A stretch of 64,000 nt of DNA, from assembly GCA_964016885.1 (NCBI GenBank), contig OZ024741.1, positions 248,930,001-248,994,000 of the forward strand. The letters run 5' to 3'. The translations under genes were made by a program, and so were the position numbers. The notes below the pieces were generated by a model that saw nothing but the letters and a program-made list of their open reading frames with translations, made no database searches and was not told the DNA's origin. Below, piece after piece: positions 10,951-22,900 of this stretch. How positions within the stretch are numbered: the stretch's first letter is position 1; every line of letters begins with the position of its first letter. This DNA comes from Eledone cirrhosa. Taxonomy: Eukaryota.

Positions 10951-13924
10951 GGGAGATAATTTGTAAAAAAAATCAGGGGTAGATAATTTGTAAAAAAAAT
11001 CAGGGGGAGATAATTTGTAAAAAAAATCAGGGGGAGATAATTTGTAAAAAAAATCAGGGGTAGATAATTTTCAGCCGTCCAAGGGGAGATAATTTCCATC
11101 CTTCCAAGGGGAGATAATTTCCAGCCGTCCAAGGGGAGATAATTTCCCGCCAGCCAAGGAGAGATAATATTTAAAAAAATCAGGCGGAGATAATTTGTAA
11201 AAAAAATCAGGGGGAGATAATTTGTAAAAAAATCAGGCGGAGATAATTTGTAAACAAAAATCAGGGGGAGATAATTTGTAAAAAAAAATCAGGGGGAGAT
11301 AATTTGTAAAAAAAAATCAGGGGGAGATAATTTGTAAAAAAAATCAAGGGGAGATAATTTCCAGCCGTCCAAGGGGAGGTAATATCTAGCCATCCAAGGG
11401 GAGATAATTTCCAGCCGTCCAAGGGGAGATAATTTCCAGCCGTCCAAGGGGAGATAATATCCAGCCGTCCAAGGAGACATATTTTCCAGCCGACCAAGGA
11501 GAGGTAATTTCTAACCGTCCAAGGGGAGATAAGTTCCAGCCTCCAAGGGGAGATAATTTCCAGCCAGCCAAGGGGAGATAATTTGTAAAAAAATCAGGGG
11601 GAGATAATTTGTAAAAAAAAAATCAGGGGGAGATAATTTGTAAAAAAAATCAGGGGGAGATAATTTGTAAAAAAAATCAGGGGTAGATAATTTGTAAAAA
11701 AAATCAGGGGGAGATAATTTGTAAAAAAAATCAGGGGGAGATAATTTGTAAAAAAAATCAGGGGTAGATAATTTTCAGCCGTCCAAGGGGAGATAATTTC
11801 CATCCTTCCAAGGGGAGATAATTTCCAGCCGTCCAAGGGGAGATAATTTCCCGCCAGCCAAGGAGAGATAACATTTAAAAAAATCAGGCGGAGATAATTT
11901 GTAAAAAAAATCAGGGGGAGATAATTTGTAAAAAAATCAGGGGGAGATAATTTGTAAAAAAAATCAGGGGTAGATAATTTCCAGCCGTCCAAGGGGAGAT
12001 AATTTCCATCCTTCCAAGGGGAGATAATTTCCAGCCGTCCAAGGGGAGATAATTTCCCGCCAGCCAAGGAGAGATAATATTTAAAAAAATCAGGCGGAGA
12101 TAATTTGTAAAAAAAATCAGGGGGAGATAATTTGTAAAAAAATCAGGGGGAGATAATTTGTAAAAAAAAATCAGGGGGAGATAATTTGTAAAAAAAATCA
12201 GGGGGAGATAATTTGTAAAAAAAAATCAGGGGTAGATAATTTGTAAAAAAAAATCAGGGGGAGATAATTTGTAAAAAAAAATCAGGGGGAGATAATTTGT
12301 AAAAAAATCAAGGGGAGATAATTTCCAGCCGTCCAAGGGGAGATAATTTTCAGCCGTCCAAGGAGAGGTAATTTCTAGCCGTCCAAGGGGAGATAATTTC
12401 CAGCCGTCCAAGGGGAGATAATTTTTTTAAAAAAATCAGGCGGAGATAATTTGTAAACAAAAATCAGGGGGAGAGAATTTGTAAAAAAAAATCAGGGGGA
12501 GATAATTTGCAAAAAAAAATCAGGGGGAGATAATTTGTAAAAAAAATCAAGGGGAGATAATTTCCAGCCGTCCAAGGGGAGGTAATATCTAGCCATCCAA
12601 GGGGAGATAATTTCCAGCCGTCCAAGGGGAGATAATTTCCAGCCGTCCAAGGGGAGATAATATCCAGCCGTCCAAGGAGACATATTTTCCAGCCGTCCAA
12701 GGAGACGTAATTTCTAGCCGTCGAAGGGGAGATAAGTTCCAGCCTCCAAGGGGAGATAATTTCCAGCCAGCCAAGGGGAGATAATTTGTAAAAAAATTAG
12801 GGGGAGATAATTTGTAAAAAAAAATTAGGGGGAGATAATTTGTAAAAAAAAATCAGGGGGAGATAATTTGTAAAAAAAAATCAGGGGGAGATAATTTGTA
12901 AAAAAATCAAGGGGAGATAATTTCCAGCCGTCCAAGGGGAGATAATTTTCAGCCGTCCAAGGAGAGGTAAATTGTAGCCGTCCAAGGAGATATAATTTCC
13001 AGCCGTCCAAGGGGAGATAATTTCCAGCCGTCCAAGGGGAGATAATTTTTAAAAAAAAATCAGGCGGAGATAATTTGTAAACAAAAATCAGGGGGAGATA
13101 ATTTTTAAAAAAAAATCAGGGGGAGATAATTTGTAAAAAAAAATCAGGGGGAGATAATTTGTAAAAAAAATCAAGGGGAGATAATTTCCAGCCGTCCAAG
13201 GGGAGGTAATATCTAGCCATCCAAGGGGAGATAATTTCCAGCCGTCCAAGGGGAGATAATTTCCAGCCGTCCAAGGGGAGATAATATCCAGCCGTCCAAG
13301 GAGACATATTTTCCAGCCGTCCAAGGAGAGGTAATTTCTAGCCGTCCAAGGGGAGATAAGTTCCAGCCTCCAAGGGGAGATAATTTCCAGCCAGCCAAGG
13401 GGAGATAATTTGTAAAAAAATCAGGGGGGAGATAATTTGTAAAAAAAATCAGGGGGAGATAATTTGAAAAAAAAATCAGGGGGAGATAATTTGTAAAAAA
13501 TATCAAGGGGAGATAATTTCCAGCCCTCCAAGGGGCTATAATTTCCAGCCGTGCAAGGGGAGATAATTTCCAGCCGTCCAAGGGGAGATAATTTCCATCC
13601 TTCCAAGGGGAGATAATTTCCAGCCGTCCAAGGGGAGATAATTTCCCGCCAGCCAAGGGAAGATAATTTTTTAAAAAATCAGGCGGAGATTGTAAAAAAA
13701 ATCAGGGGGAGATAATTTGTAAAAAAATCAGGGGGAGATAATTTGTAAAAAAAAAATCAGGGGGAGATAATTTGTAAAAAAAAATCAGGGGGAGATAATT
13801 TGTAAAAAAAATCAGGGGTGATAATTTGTAAAAAAAATCAGGGGTAGATAATTTGTAAAAAAAATCAGGGGGAGATAATTTGTAAAAAAAATCAGGGGGA
13901 GATAATTTGTAAAAAAAATCAGGG

Positions 13925-16900
13925 GTAGATAATTTTCAGCCGTCCAAGGGGAGATAATTTCCATCCTTCCAAGGGGAGATAATTTCCAGCCGTCCAAGGG
14001 GAGATAATTTCCCGCCAGCCAAGGAGAGATAACATTTAAAAAAATCAGGCGGAGATAATTTGTAAAAAAATCAGGGGGAGATAATTTGTAAAAAAAATCA
14101 GGGGTAGATAATTTTCAGCCGTCCAAGGGGAGATAATTTCCATCCTTCCAAGGGGAGATAATTTCCAGCCGTCCAAGGGGAGATAATTTCCCGCCAGCCA
14201 AGGAGAGATAACATTTAAAAAAATCAGGGGGAGATAATTTGTAAAAAAAAATCAGGGGGAGATAATTCGTAAAAAAAATCAGGGGGAGATAATTTGTAAA
14301 AAAAAATCAGGGGTAGATAATTTGTAAAAAAAAATCAGGGGGAGATAATTTGTAAAAAAAAAATCAGGGGGAGATAATTTGTAAAAAAATCAAGGGGAGA
14401 TAATTTCCAGCCGTCCAAGGGGAGATAATTTTCAGCCGTCCAAGGAGAGGTAATTTCTAGCCGTCCAAGGGGAGATAATTTCCAGCCGTCCAAGGGGAGA
14501 TAATTTTTTTAAAAAAATCAGGCGGAGATAATTTGTAAACAAAAATCAGGGGGAGATAATTTGTAAAAAAAAATCAGGGGGAGATAATTTGTAAAAAAAA
14601 ATCAGGGGGAGATAATTTGTAAAAAAAATCAAGGGGAGATAATTTGTAAAAAAAAATCAGGGGTAGATAATTTGTAAAAAAAAATCAGGGGGAGATAATT
14701 TGTAAAAAAAAAATCAGGGGGAGATAATTTCCAGCCGTCCAAGGGGAGATAATTTTCAGTCGTCCAAGGAGAGGTAATTTCTAGCCGTCCAAGGGGAGAT
14801 AATTTCCAGCCAGCCAAGGGGAGATAATTTGTAAAAAAATCAGGGGTAGATAATTTGTAAAAAAAAATCAGGGGGAGATAATTTGTAAAAAAAATCAGGG
14901 GGAGATAATTTGTAAAAAAAATCAGGGGGAGATAATTTGTAAAAAAAATCAGGGGTAGATAATTTTCAGCCGTCCAAGGGGAGATAATTTCCATCCTTCC
15001 AAGGGGAGATAATTTCCAGCCGTCCAAGGGGAGATAATTTCCCGCCAGCCAAGGAGAGATAACATTTAAAAAAATCAGGCGGAGATAATTTGTAAAAAAA
15101 ATCAGGGGGAGATAATTTGTAAAAAAATCAGGGGGAGATAATTTGTAAAAAAAATCAGGGGTAGATAATTTCCAGCCGTCCAAGGGGAGATAATTTCCAT
15201 CCTTCCAAGGGGAGATAATTTCCAGCCGTCCAAGGGGAGATAATTTCCCGCCAGCCAAGGAGAGATAATATTTAAAAAAATCAGGCGGAGATAATTTGTA
15301 AAAAAAATCAGGGGGAGATAATTTGTAAAAAAATCAGGGGGAGATAATTTGTAAAAAAAATCAGGGGGAGATAATTTGTAAAAAAAATCAGGGGGAGATA
15401 ATTTGTAAAAAAAATCAGGGGTAGATAATTTGTAAAAAAAAATCAGGGGGAGATAATTTGTAAAAAAAAAATCAGGGGGAGATAATTTGTAAAAAAATCA
15501 AGGGGAGATAATTTCCAGCCGTCCAAGGGGAGATAATTTTCAGCCGTCCAAGGAGAGGTAATTTCTAGCCGTCCAAGGGGAGATAATTTCCAGCCGTCCA
15601 AGGGGAGATAATTTTTAAAAAAAAATCAGGCGGAGATAATTTGTAAACAAAAATCAGGGGGAGATAATTTGTAAAAAAAAATCAGGGGGAGATAATTTGT
15701 AAAAAAAAATCAGGGGGAGATAATTTGTAAAAAAAATCAAGGGGAGATAATTTCCAGCCGTCCAAGGGGAGGTAATATCTAGCCATCCAAGGGGAGATAA
15801 TTTCCAGCCGTCCAAGGGGAGATAATTTCCAGCCGTCCAAGGGGAGATAATATCCAGCCGTCCAAGGAGACATATTTTCCAGCCGACCAAGGAGAGGTAA
15901 TTTCTAGCCGTCCAAGGGGAGATAAGTTCCAGCCTCCAAGGGGAGATAATTTCCAGCCAGCCAAGGGGAGATAATTTGTAAAAAAATCAGGGGGAGATAA
16001 TTTGTAAAAAAAAAATCAGGGGGAGATAATTTGTAAAAAAATCAGGGGGAGATAATTTGTAAAAAAAAAATCAGGGGGAGATAATTTGTAAAAAAAATCA
16101 GGGGGAGATAATTTGTAAAAAAAATCAGGGGTAGATAATTTGTAAAAAAAATCAGGGGGAGATAATTTGTAAAAAAAATCAGGGGGAGATAATTTGTAAA
16201 AAAAATCAGGGGTAGATAATTTTCAGCCGTCCAAGGGGAGATAATTTCCATCCTTCCAAGGGGAGATAATTTCCAGCCGTCCAAGGGGAGATAATTTCCC
16301 GCCAGCCAAGGAGAGATAACATTTAAAAAAATCAGGCGGAGATAATTTGTAAAAAAAATCAGGGGGAGATAATTTGTAAAAAAATCAGGGGGAGATAATT
16401 TGTAAAAAAAATCAGGGGTAGATAATTTCCAGCCGTCCAAGGGGAGATAATTTCCATCCTTCCAAGGGGAGATAATTTCCAGCCGTCCAAGGGGAGATAA
16501 TTTCCCGCCAGCCAAGGAGAGATAATATTTAAAAAAATCAGGCGGAGATAATTTGTAAAAAAAATCAGGGGGAGATAATTTGTAAAAAAATCAGGGGGAG
16601 ATAATTTGTAAAAAAAAATCAGGGGTAGATAATTTGTAAAAAAAAATCAGGGGGAGATAATTTGTAAAAAAAAATCAGGGGGAGATAATTTGTAAAAAAA
16701 TCAAGGGGAGATAATTTCCAGCCGTCCAAGGGGAGATAATTTTCAGCCGTCCAAGGAGAGGTAATTTCTAGCCGTCCAAGGGGAGATAATTTCCAGCCGT
16801 CCAAGGGGAGATAATTTTTTTAAAAAAATCAGGCGGAGATAATTTGTAAACAAAAATCAGGGGGAGAGAATTTGTAAAAAAAAATCAGGGGGAGATAATT

Positions 16901-19900
16901 TGTAAAAAAATCAAGGGGAGATAATTTCCAGCCGTCCAAGGGGAGATAATTTTCAGCCGTCCAAGGAGAGGTAATTTCTAGCCGTCCAAGGGGAGATAAT
17001 TTCCAGCCGTCCAAGGGGAGATAATTTTTTTAAAAAAATCAGGCGTAGATAATTTGTAAACAAAAATCAGGGGGAGATAATTTGTAAAAAAAAATCAGGG
17101 GGAGATAATTTGTAAAAAAAAATCAGGGGGAGATAATTTGTAAAAAAAATCAAGGGGAGATAATTTGTAAAAAAAAATCAGGGGTAGATAATTTGTAAAA
17201 AAAAATCAGGGGGAGATAATTTGTAAAAAAAAAATCAGGGGGAGATAATTTGTAAAAAAATCAAGGGGAGATAATTTCCAGCCGTCCAAGGGGAGATAAT
17301 TTTCAGCCGTCCAAGGAGAGGTAATTTCTAGCCGTCCAAGGGGAGATAATTTCCAGCCAGCCAAGGGGAGATAATTTGTAAAAAAATCAGGGGTAGATAA
17401 TTTGTAAAAAAAAATCAGGGGGAGATAATTTGTAAAAAAAATCAGGGGGAGATAATTTGTAAAAAAAATCAGGGGGAGATAATTTGTAAAAAAAATCAGG
17501 GGTAGATAATTTTCAGCCGTCCAAGGGGAGATAATTTCCATCCTTCCAAGGGGAGATAATTTCCAGCCGTCCAAGGGGAGATAATTTCCCGCCAGCCAAG
17601 GAGAGATAACATTTAAAAAAATCAGGCGGAGATAATTTGTAAAAAAAATCAGGGGGAGATAATTTGTAAAAAAATCAGGGGGAGATAATTTGTAAAGAAA
17701 ATCAGGGGTAGATAATTTCCAGCCGTCCAAGGGGAGATAATTTCCATCCTTCCAAGGGGAGATAATTTCCAGCCGTCCAAGGGGAGATAATTTCCCGCCA
17801 GCCAAGGAGAGATAATATTTAAAAAAATCAGGCGGAGATAATTTGTAAAAAAAATCAGTGGGAGATAATTTGTAAAAAAATCAGGGGGAGATAATTTGTA
17901 AAAAAAAATCAGGGGGAGATAATTTGTTAAAAAAATCAGGGGGAGATAATTTGTAAAAAAAATCAGGGGTAGATAATTTGTAAAAAAAAATCAGGGGGAG
18001 ATAATTTGTAAAAAAAAAATCAGGGGGAGATAATTTGTAAAAAAATCAAGGGGAGATAATTTCCAGCCGTCCAAGGGGAGATAATTTTCAGCCGTCCAAG
18101 GAGAGGTAATTTCTAGCCGTCCAAGGGGAGATAATTTCCAGCCGTCCAAGGGGAGATAATTTTTTTAAAAAAATCAGGCGGAGATAATTTGTAAACAAAA
18201 ATAAGGGGGAGATAATTTGTAAAAAAAAATCAGGGGGAGATAATTTGTAAAAAAAAATCAGGGGGAGATAATTTATAAAAAAAATCAAGGGGAGATAATT
18301 TCCAGCCGTCCAAGGGGAGGTAATATCTAGCCATCCAAGGGGAGATAATTTCCAGCCGTCCAAGGGGAGATAATTTCCAGCCGTCCAAGGGGAGATAATA
18401 TCCAGCCGTCCAAGGAGACATATTTTCCAGCCGACCAAGGAGAGGTAATTTCTAGCCGTCCAAGGGGAGATAAGTTCCAGCCTCCAAGGGGAGATAATTT
18501 CCAGCCAGCCAAGGGGAGATAATTTGTAAAAAAATCAGGGGGAGATAATTTGTAAAAAAAAAATCAGGGGGAGATAATTTGTAAAAAAATCAGGGGGAGA
18601 TAATTTGTAAAAAAAAAATCAGGGGGAGATAATTTGTAAAAAAAATCAGGGGTAGATAATTTGTAAAAAAATCAGGGGGAGATAATTTGTAAAAAAATCA
18701 GGGGGAGATAATTTGTAAAAAAAAAATCAGGGGGAGATAATTTGTAAAAAAAATCAGGGGTAGATAATTTGTAAAAAAAATCAGGGGGAGATAATTTGTA
18801 AAAAAAATCAGGGGGAGATAATTTGTAAAAAAAATCAGGGGTAGATAATTTTCAGCCGTCCAAGGGGAGATAATTTCCATCCTTCCAAGGGGAGATAATT
18901 TCCAGCCGTCCAAGGGGAGATAATTTCCCGCCAGCCAAGGAGAGATAACATTTAAAAAAATCAGGCGGAGATAATTTGTATAAAAAATCAGGGGGAGATA
19001 ATTTGTAAAAAAATCAGGGGGAGATAATTTGTAAAAAAAATCAGGGGTAGATAATTTCCAGCCGTCCAAGGGGAGATAATTTCCATCCTTCCAAGGGGAG
19101 ATAATTTCCAGCCGTCCAAGGGGAGATAATTTCCCGCCAGCCAAGGAGAGATAATATTTAAAAAAATCAGGCGGAGATAATTTGTAAAAAAAATCAGGGG
19201 GAGATAATTTGTAAAAAAATCAGGGGGAGATAATTTGTAAAAAAAAATCAGGGGGAGATAATTTGTAAAAAAAATCAGGGGTAGATAATTTGTAAAAAAA
19301 AATCAGGGGTAGATAATTTGTAAAAAAAAATCAGGGGGAGATAATTTGTAAAAAAAAATCAGGGGGAGATAATTTGTAAAAAAATCAAGGGGAGATAATT
19401 TCCAGCCGTCCAAGGGGAGATAATTTTCAGCCGTCCAAGGAGAGGTAATTTCTAGCCGTCCAAGGGGAGATAATTTCCAGCCGTCCAAGGGGAGATAATT
19501 TTTTTAAAAAAATCAGGCGGAGATAATTTGTAAACAAAAATCAGGGGGAGAGAATTTGTAAAAAAAAATCAGGGGGAGATAATTTGTAAAAAAAAATCAG
19601 GGGGAGATAATTTGTAAAAAAAATCAAGGGGAGATAATTTCCAGCCGTCCAAGGGGAGATAATTTCCAGCCGTCCAAGGGGAGATAATATCCAGCCGTCC
19701 AAGGAGACATATTTTCCAGCCGTCCAAGGAGATGTAATTTCTAGCCGTCCAAGGGGAGATAAGTTCCAGCCTCCAAGGGGAGATAATTTCCAGCCAGCCA
19801 AAGGGAGATAATTTGTAAAAAAATTAGGGGGAGATAATTTGTAAAAAAAAATTAGGGGGAGATAATTTGTAAAAAAAAATCAGGGGGAGATAATTTGTAA

Positions 19901-22900
19901 AAAAAAATCAGGGGGAGATAATTTGTAAAAAAAATCAAGGGGAGATAATTTCCAGCCGTCCAAGGGGAGATAATTTTCAGCCGTCCAAGGAGAGGTAAAT
20001 TGTAGCCGTCCAAGGAGATATAATTTCCAGCCGTCCAAGGGGAGATAATTTCCAGCCGTCCAAGGGGAGATAATTTCCAGCCGTCCAAGGGGAGATAATT
20101 TTTTAAAAAAAATCAGGCGGAGATAATTTGTAAACAAAAATCAGGGGGAGATAATTTTTAAAAAAAAATCAGGGGGAGATAATTTGTAAAAAAAAATCAG
20201 GGGGAGATAATTTGTAAAAAAAATCAAGGGGAGATAATTTCCAGCCGTCCAAGGGGAGGTAATATCTAGCCATCCAAGGGGAGATAATTTCCAGCCGTCC
20301 AAGGGGAGATAATTTCCAGCCGTCCAAGGGTAGATAATATCCAGCCGTCCAAGGAGACATATTTTCCAGCCGTCCAAGGAGAGGTAATTTCTAGCCGTCC
20401 AAGGGGAGATAAGTTCCAGCCTCCAAGGGGAGATAATTTCCAGCCAGCCAAGGGGAGATAATTTGTAAAAAAATCAGGGGGGAGATAATTTGTAAAAAAA
20501 ATCAGGGGGAGATAATTTGAAAAAAAAATCAGGGGGAGATAATTTGTAAAAAATATCAAGGGGAGATAATTTCCAGCCCTCCAAGTGGCTATAATTTCCA
20601 GCCGTGCAAGGGGAGATAATTTCCAGCCGTCCAAGGGGAGATAATTTCCATCCTTCCAAGGGGAGATAATTTCTAGCCGTCCAAGGGGAGATAATTTCCC
20701 GCCAGCCAAGGGAAGATAATTTTTTAAAAAATCAGGCGGAGATTGTAAAAAAAATCAGGGGGAGATAATTTGTAAAAAAATCAGGGGGAGATAATTTGTA
20801 AAAAAAAAATCAGGGGGAGATAATTTGTAAAAAAAAATCAGGGGGAGATAATTTGTAAAAAAAATCAGGGGTGATAATTTGTAAAAAAAATCAGGGGTAG
20901 ATAATTTGTAAAAAAAATCAGGGGGAGATAATTTGTAAAAAAAATCAGGGGGAGATAATTTGTAAAAAATCAGGGGTAGATAATTTTCAGCCGTCCAAGG
21001 GGAGATAATTTCCATCCTTCCAAGGGGAGATAATTTCCAGCCGTCCAAGGGGAGATAATTTCCCGCCAGCCAAGGAGAGATAACATTTAAAAAAAGCAGG
21101 CGGAGATAATTTGTAAAAAAATCAGGGGGAGATAATTTGTAAAAAAAATCAGGGGTAGATAATTTTCAGCCGTCCAAGGGGAGAAAATTTCCATCCTTCC
21201 AAGGGGAGATAATTTCCAGCCGTCCAAGGGGAGATAATTTCCCGCCAGCCAAGGAGAGATAACATTTAAAAAAATCAGGGGGAGATAATTTGTAAAAAAA
21301 AATCAGGGGGAGATAATTCGTAAAAAAAATCAGGGGGAGATAATTTGTAAAAAAAAATCAGGGGTAGATAATTTGTAAAAAAAAATCAGGGGGAGATAAT
21401 TTGTAAAAAAAAAATCAGGGGGAGATAATTTGTAAAAAAATCAAGGGGAGATAATTTCCAGCCGTCCAAGGGGAGATAATTTTCAGCCGTCCAAGGAGAG
21501 GTAATTTCTAGCCGTCCAAGGGGAGATAATTTCCAGCCGTCCAAGGGGAGATAATTTTTTTAAAAAAATCAGGCGGAGATAATTTGTAAACAAAAATCAG
21601 GGGGAGATAATTTGTAAAAAAAAATCAGGGGGAGATAATTTGTAAAAAAAAATCAGGGGGAGATAATTTGTAAAAAAAATCAAGGGGAGATAATTTGTAA
21701 AAAAAAATCAGGGGTAGATAATTTGTAAAAAAAAATCAGGGGGAGATAATTTGTAAAAAAAAAATCAGGGGGAGATAATTTGTAAAAAAATCAAGGGGAG
21801 ATAATTTCCAGCCGTCCAAGGGGAGATAATTTTCAGCCGTCCAAGGAGAGGTAATTTCTAGCCGTCCAAGGGGAGATAATTTCCAGCCAGCCAAGGGGAG
21901 ATAATTTGTAAAAAAATCAGGGGTAGATAATTTGTAAAAAAAAATCAGGGGGAGATAATTTGTAAAAAAAATCAGGGGGAGATAATTTGTAAAAAAAATC
22001 AGGGGTAGATAATTTCCAGCCGTCCAAGGGGAGATAATTTCCATCCTTCCAAGGGGAGATAATTTCCAGCCGTCCAAGGGGAGATAATTTCCCGCCAGCC
22101 AAGGAGAGATAACATTTAAAAAAATCAGGCGGAGATAATTTGTAAAAAAAATCAGGGGGAGATAATTTGTAAAAAAATCAGGGGGAGATAATTTGTAAAA
22201 AAAATCAGGGGTAGATAATTTCCAGCCGTCCAAGGGGAGATAATTTCCATCCTTCCAAGGGGAGATAATTTCCAGCCGTCCAAGGGGAGATAATTTCCCG
22301 CCAGCCAAGGAGAGATAATATTTAAAAAAATCAGGCGGAGATAATTTGTAAAAAAAATCAGGGGGAGATAATTTGTAAAAAAATCAGGGGGAGATAATTT
22401 GTAAAAAAAAATCAGGGGAGATAATTTGTAAAAAAAATCAGGGGGAGATAATTTGTAAAAAAATATCAGGGGTAGATAATTTGTAAAAAAAAATCAGGGG
22501 GAGATAATTTGTAAAAAAAAACTCAGGGGGAGATAATTTGTAAAAAAATCAAGGGGAGATAATTTCCAGCCGTCCAAGGGGAGATAATTTTCAGCCGTCC
22601 AAGGAGGTAATTTCTAGCCGTCCAAGGGGAGATAATTTCCAGCCGTCCAAGGGGAGATAATATCCAGCCATCCAAGGGGAGATAATATCCAGCCGTCCAA
22701 GGAGACATATTTTCCAGCCGTCCAAGGAGAGGTAATTTCTAGCCGTCCAAGGGGAGATAAGTTCCAGCCTCCAAGGGGAGAAAATTTCCAGCCAGCCAAG
22801 GGGAGATAATTTGTAAAAAAATCAGGGGGAGATAATTTGTAAAAAAAATCAAGGGGAGATAATTTCCAGCCGTCCAAGGGGAGGTAATATCTAGCCATCC

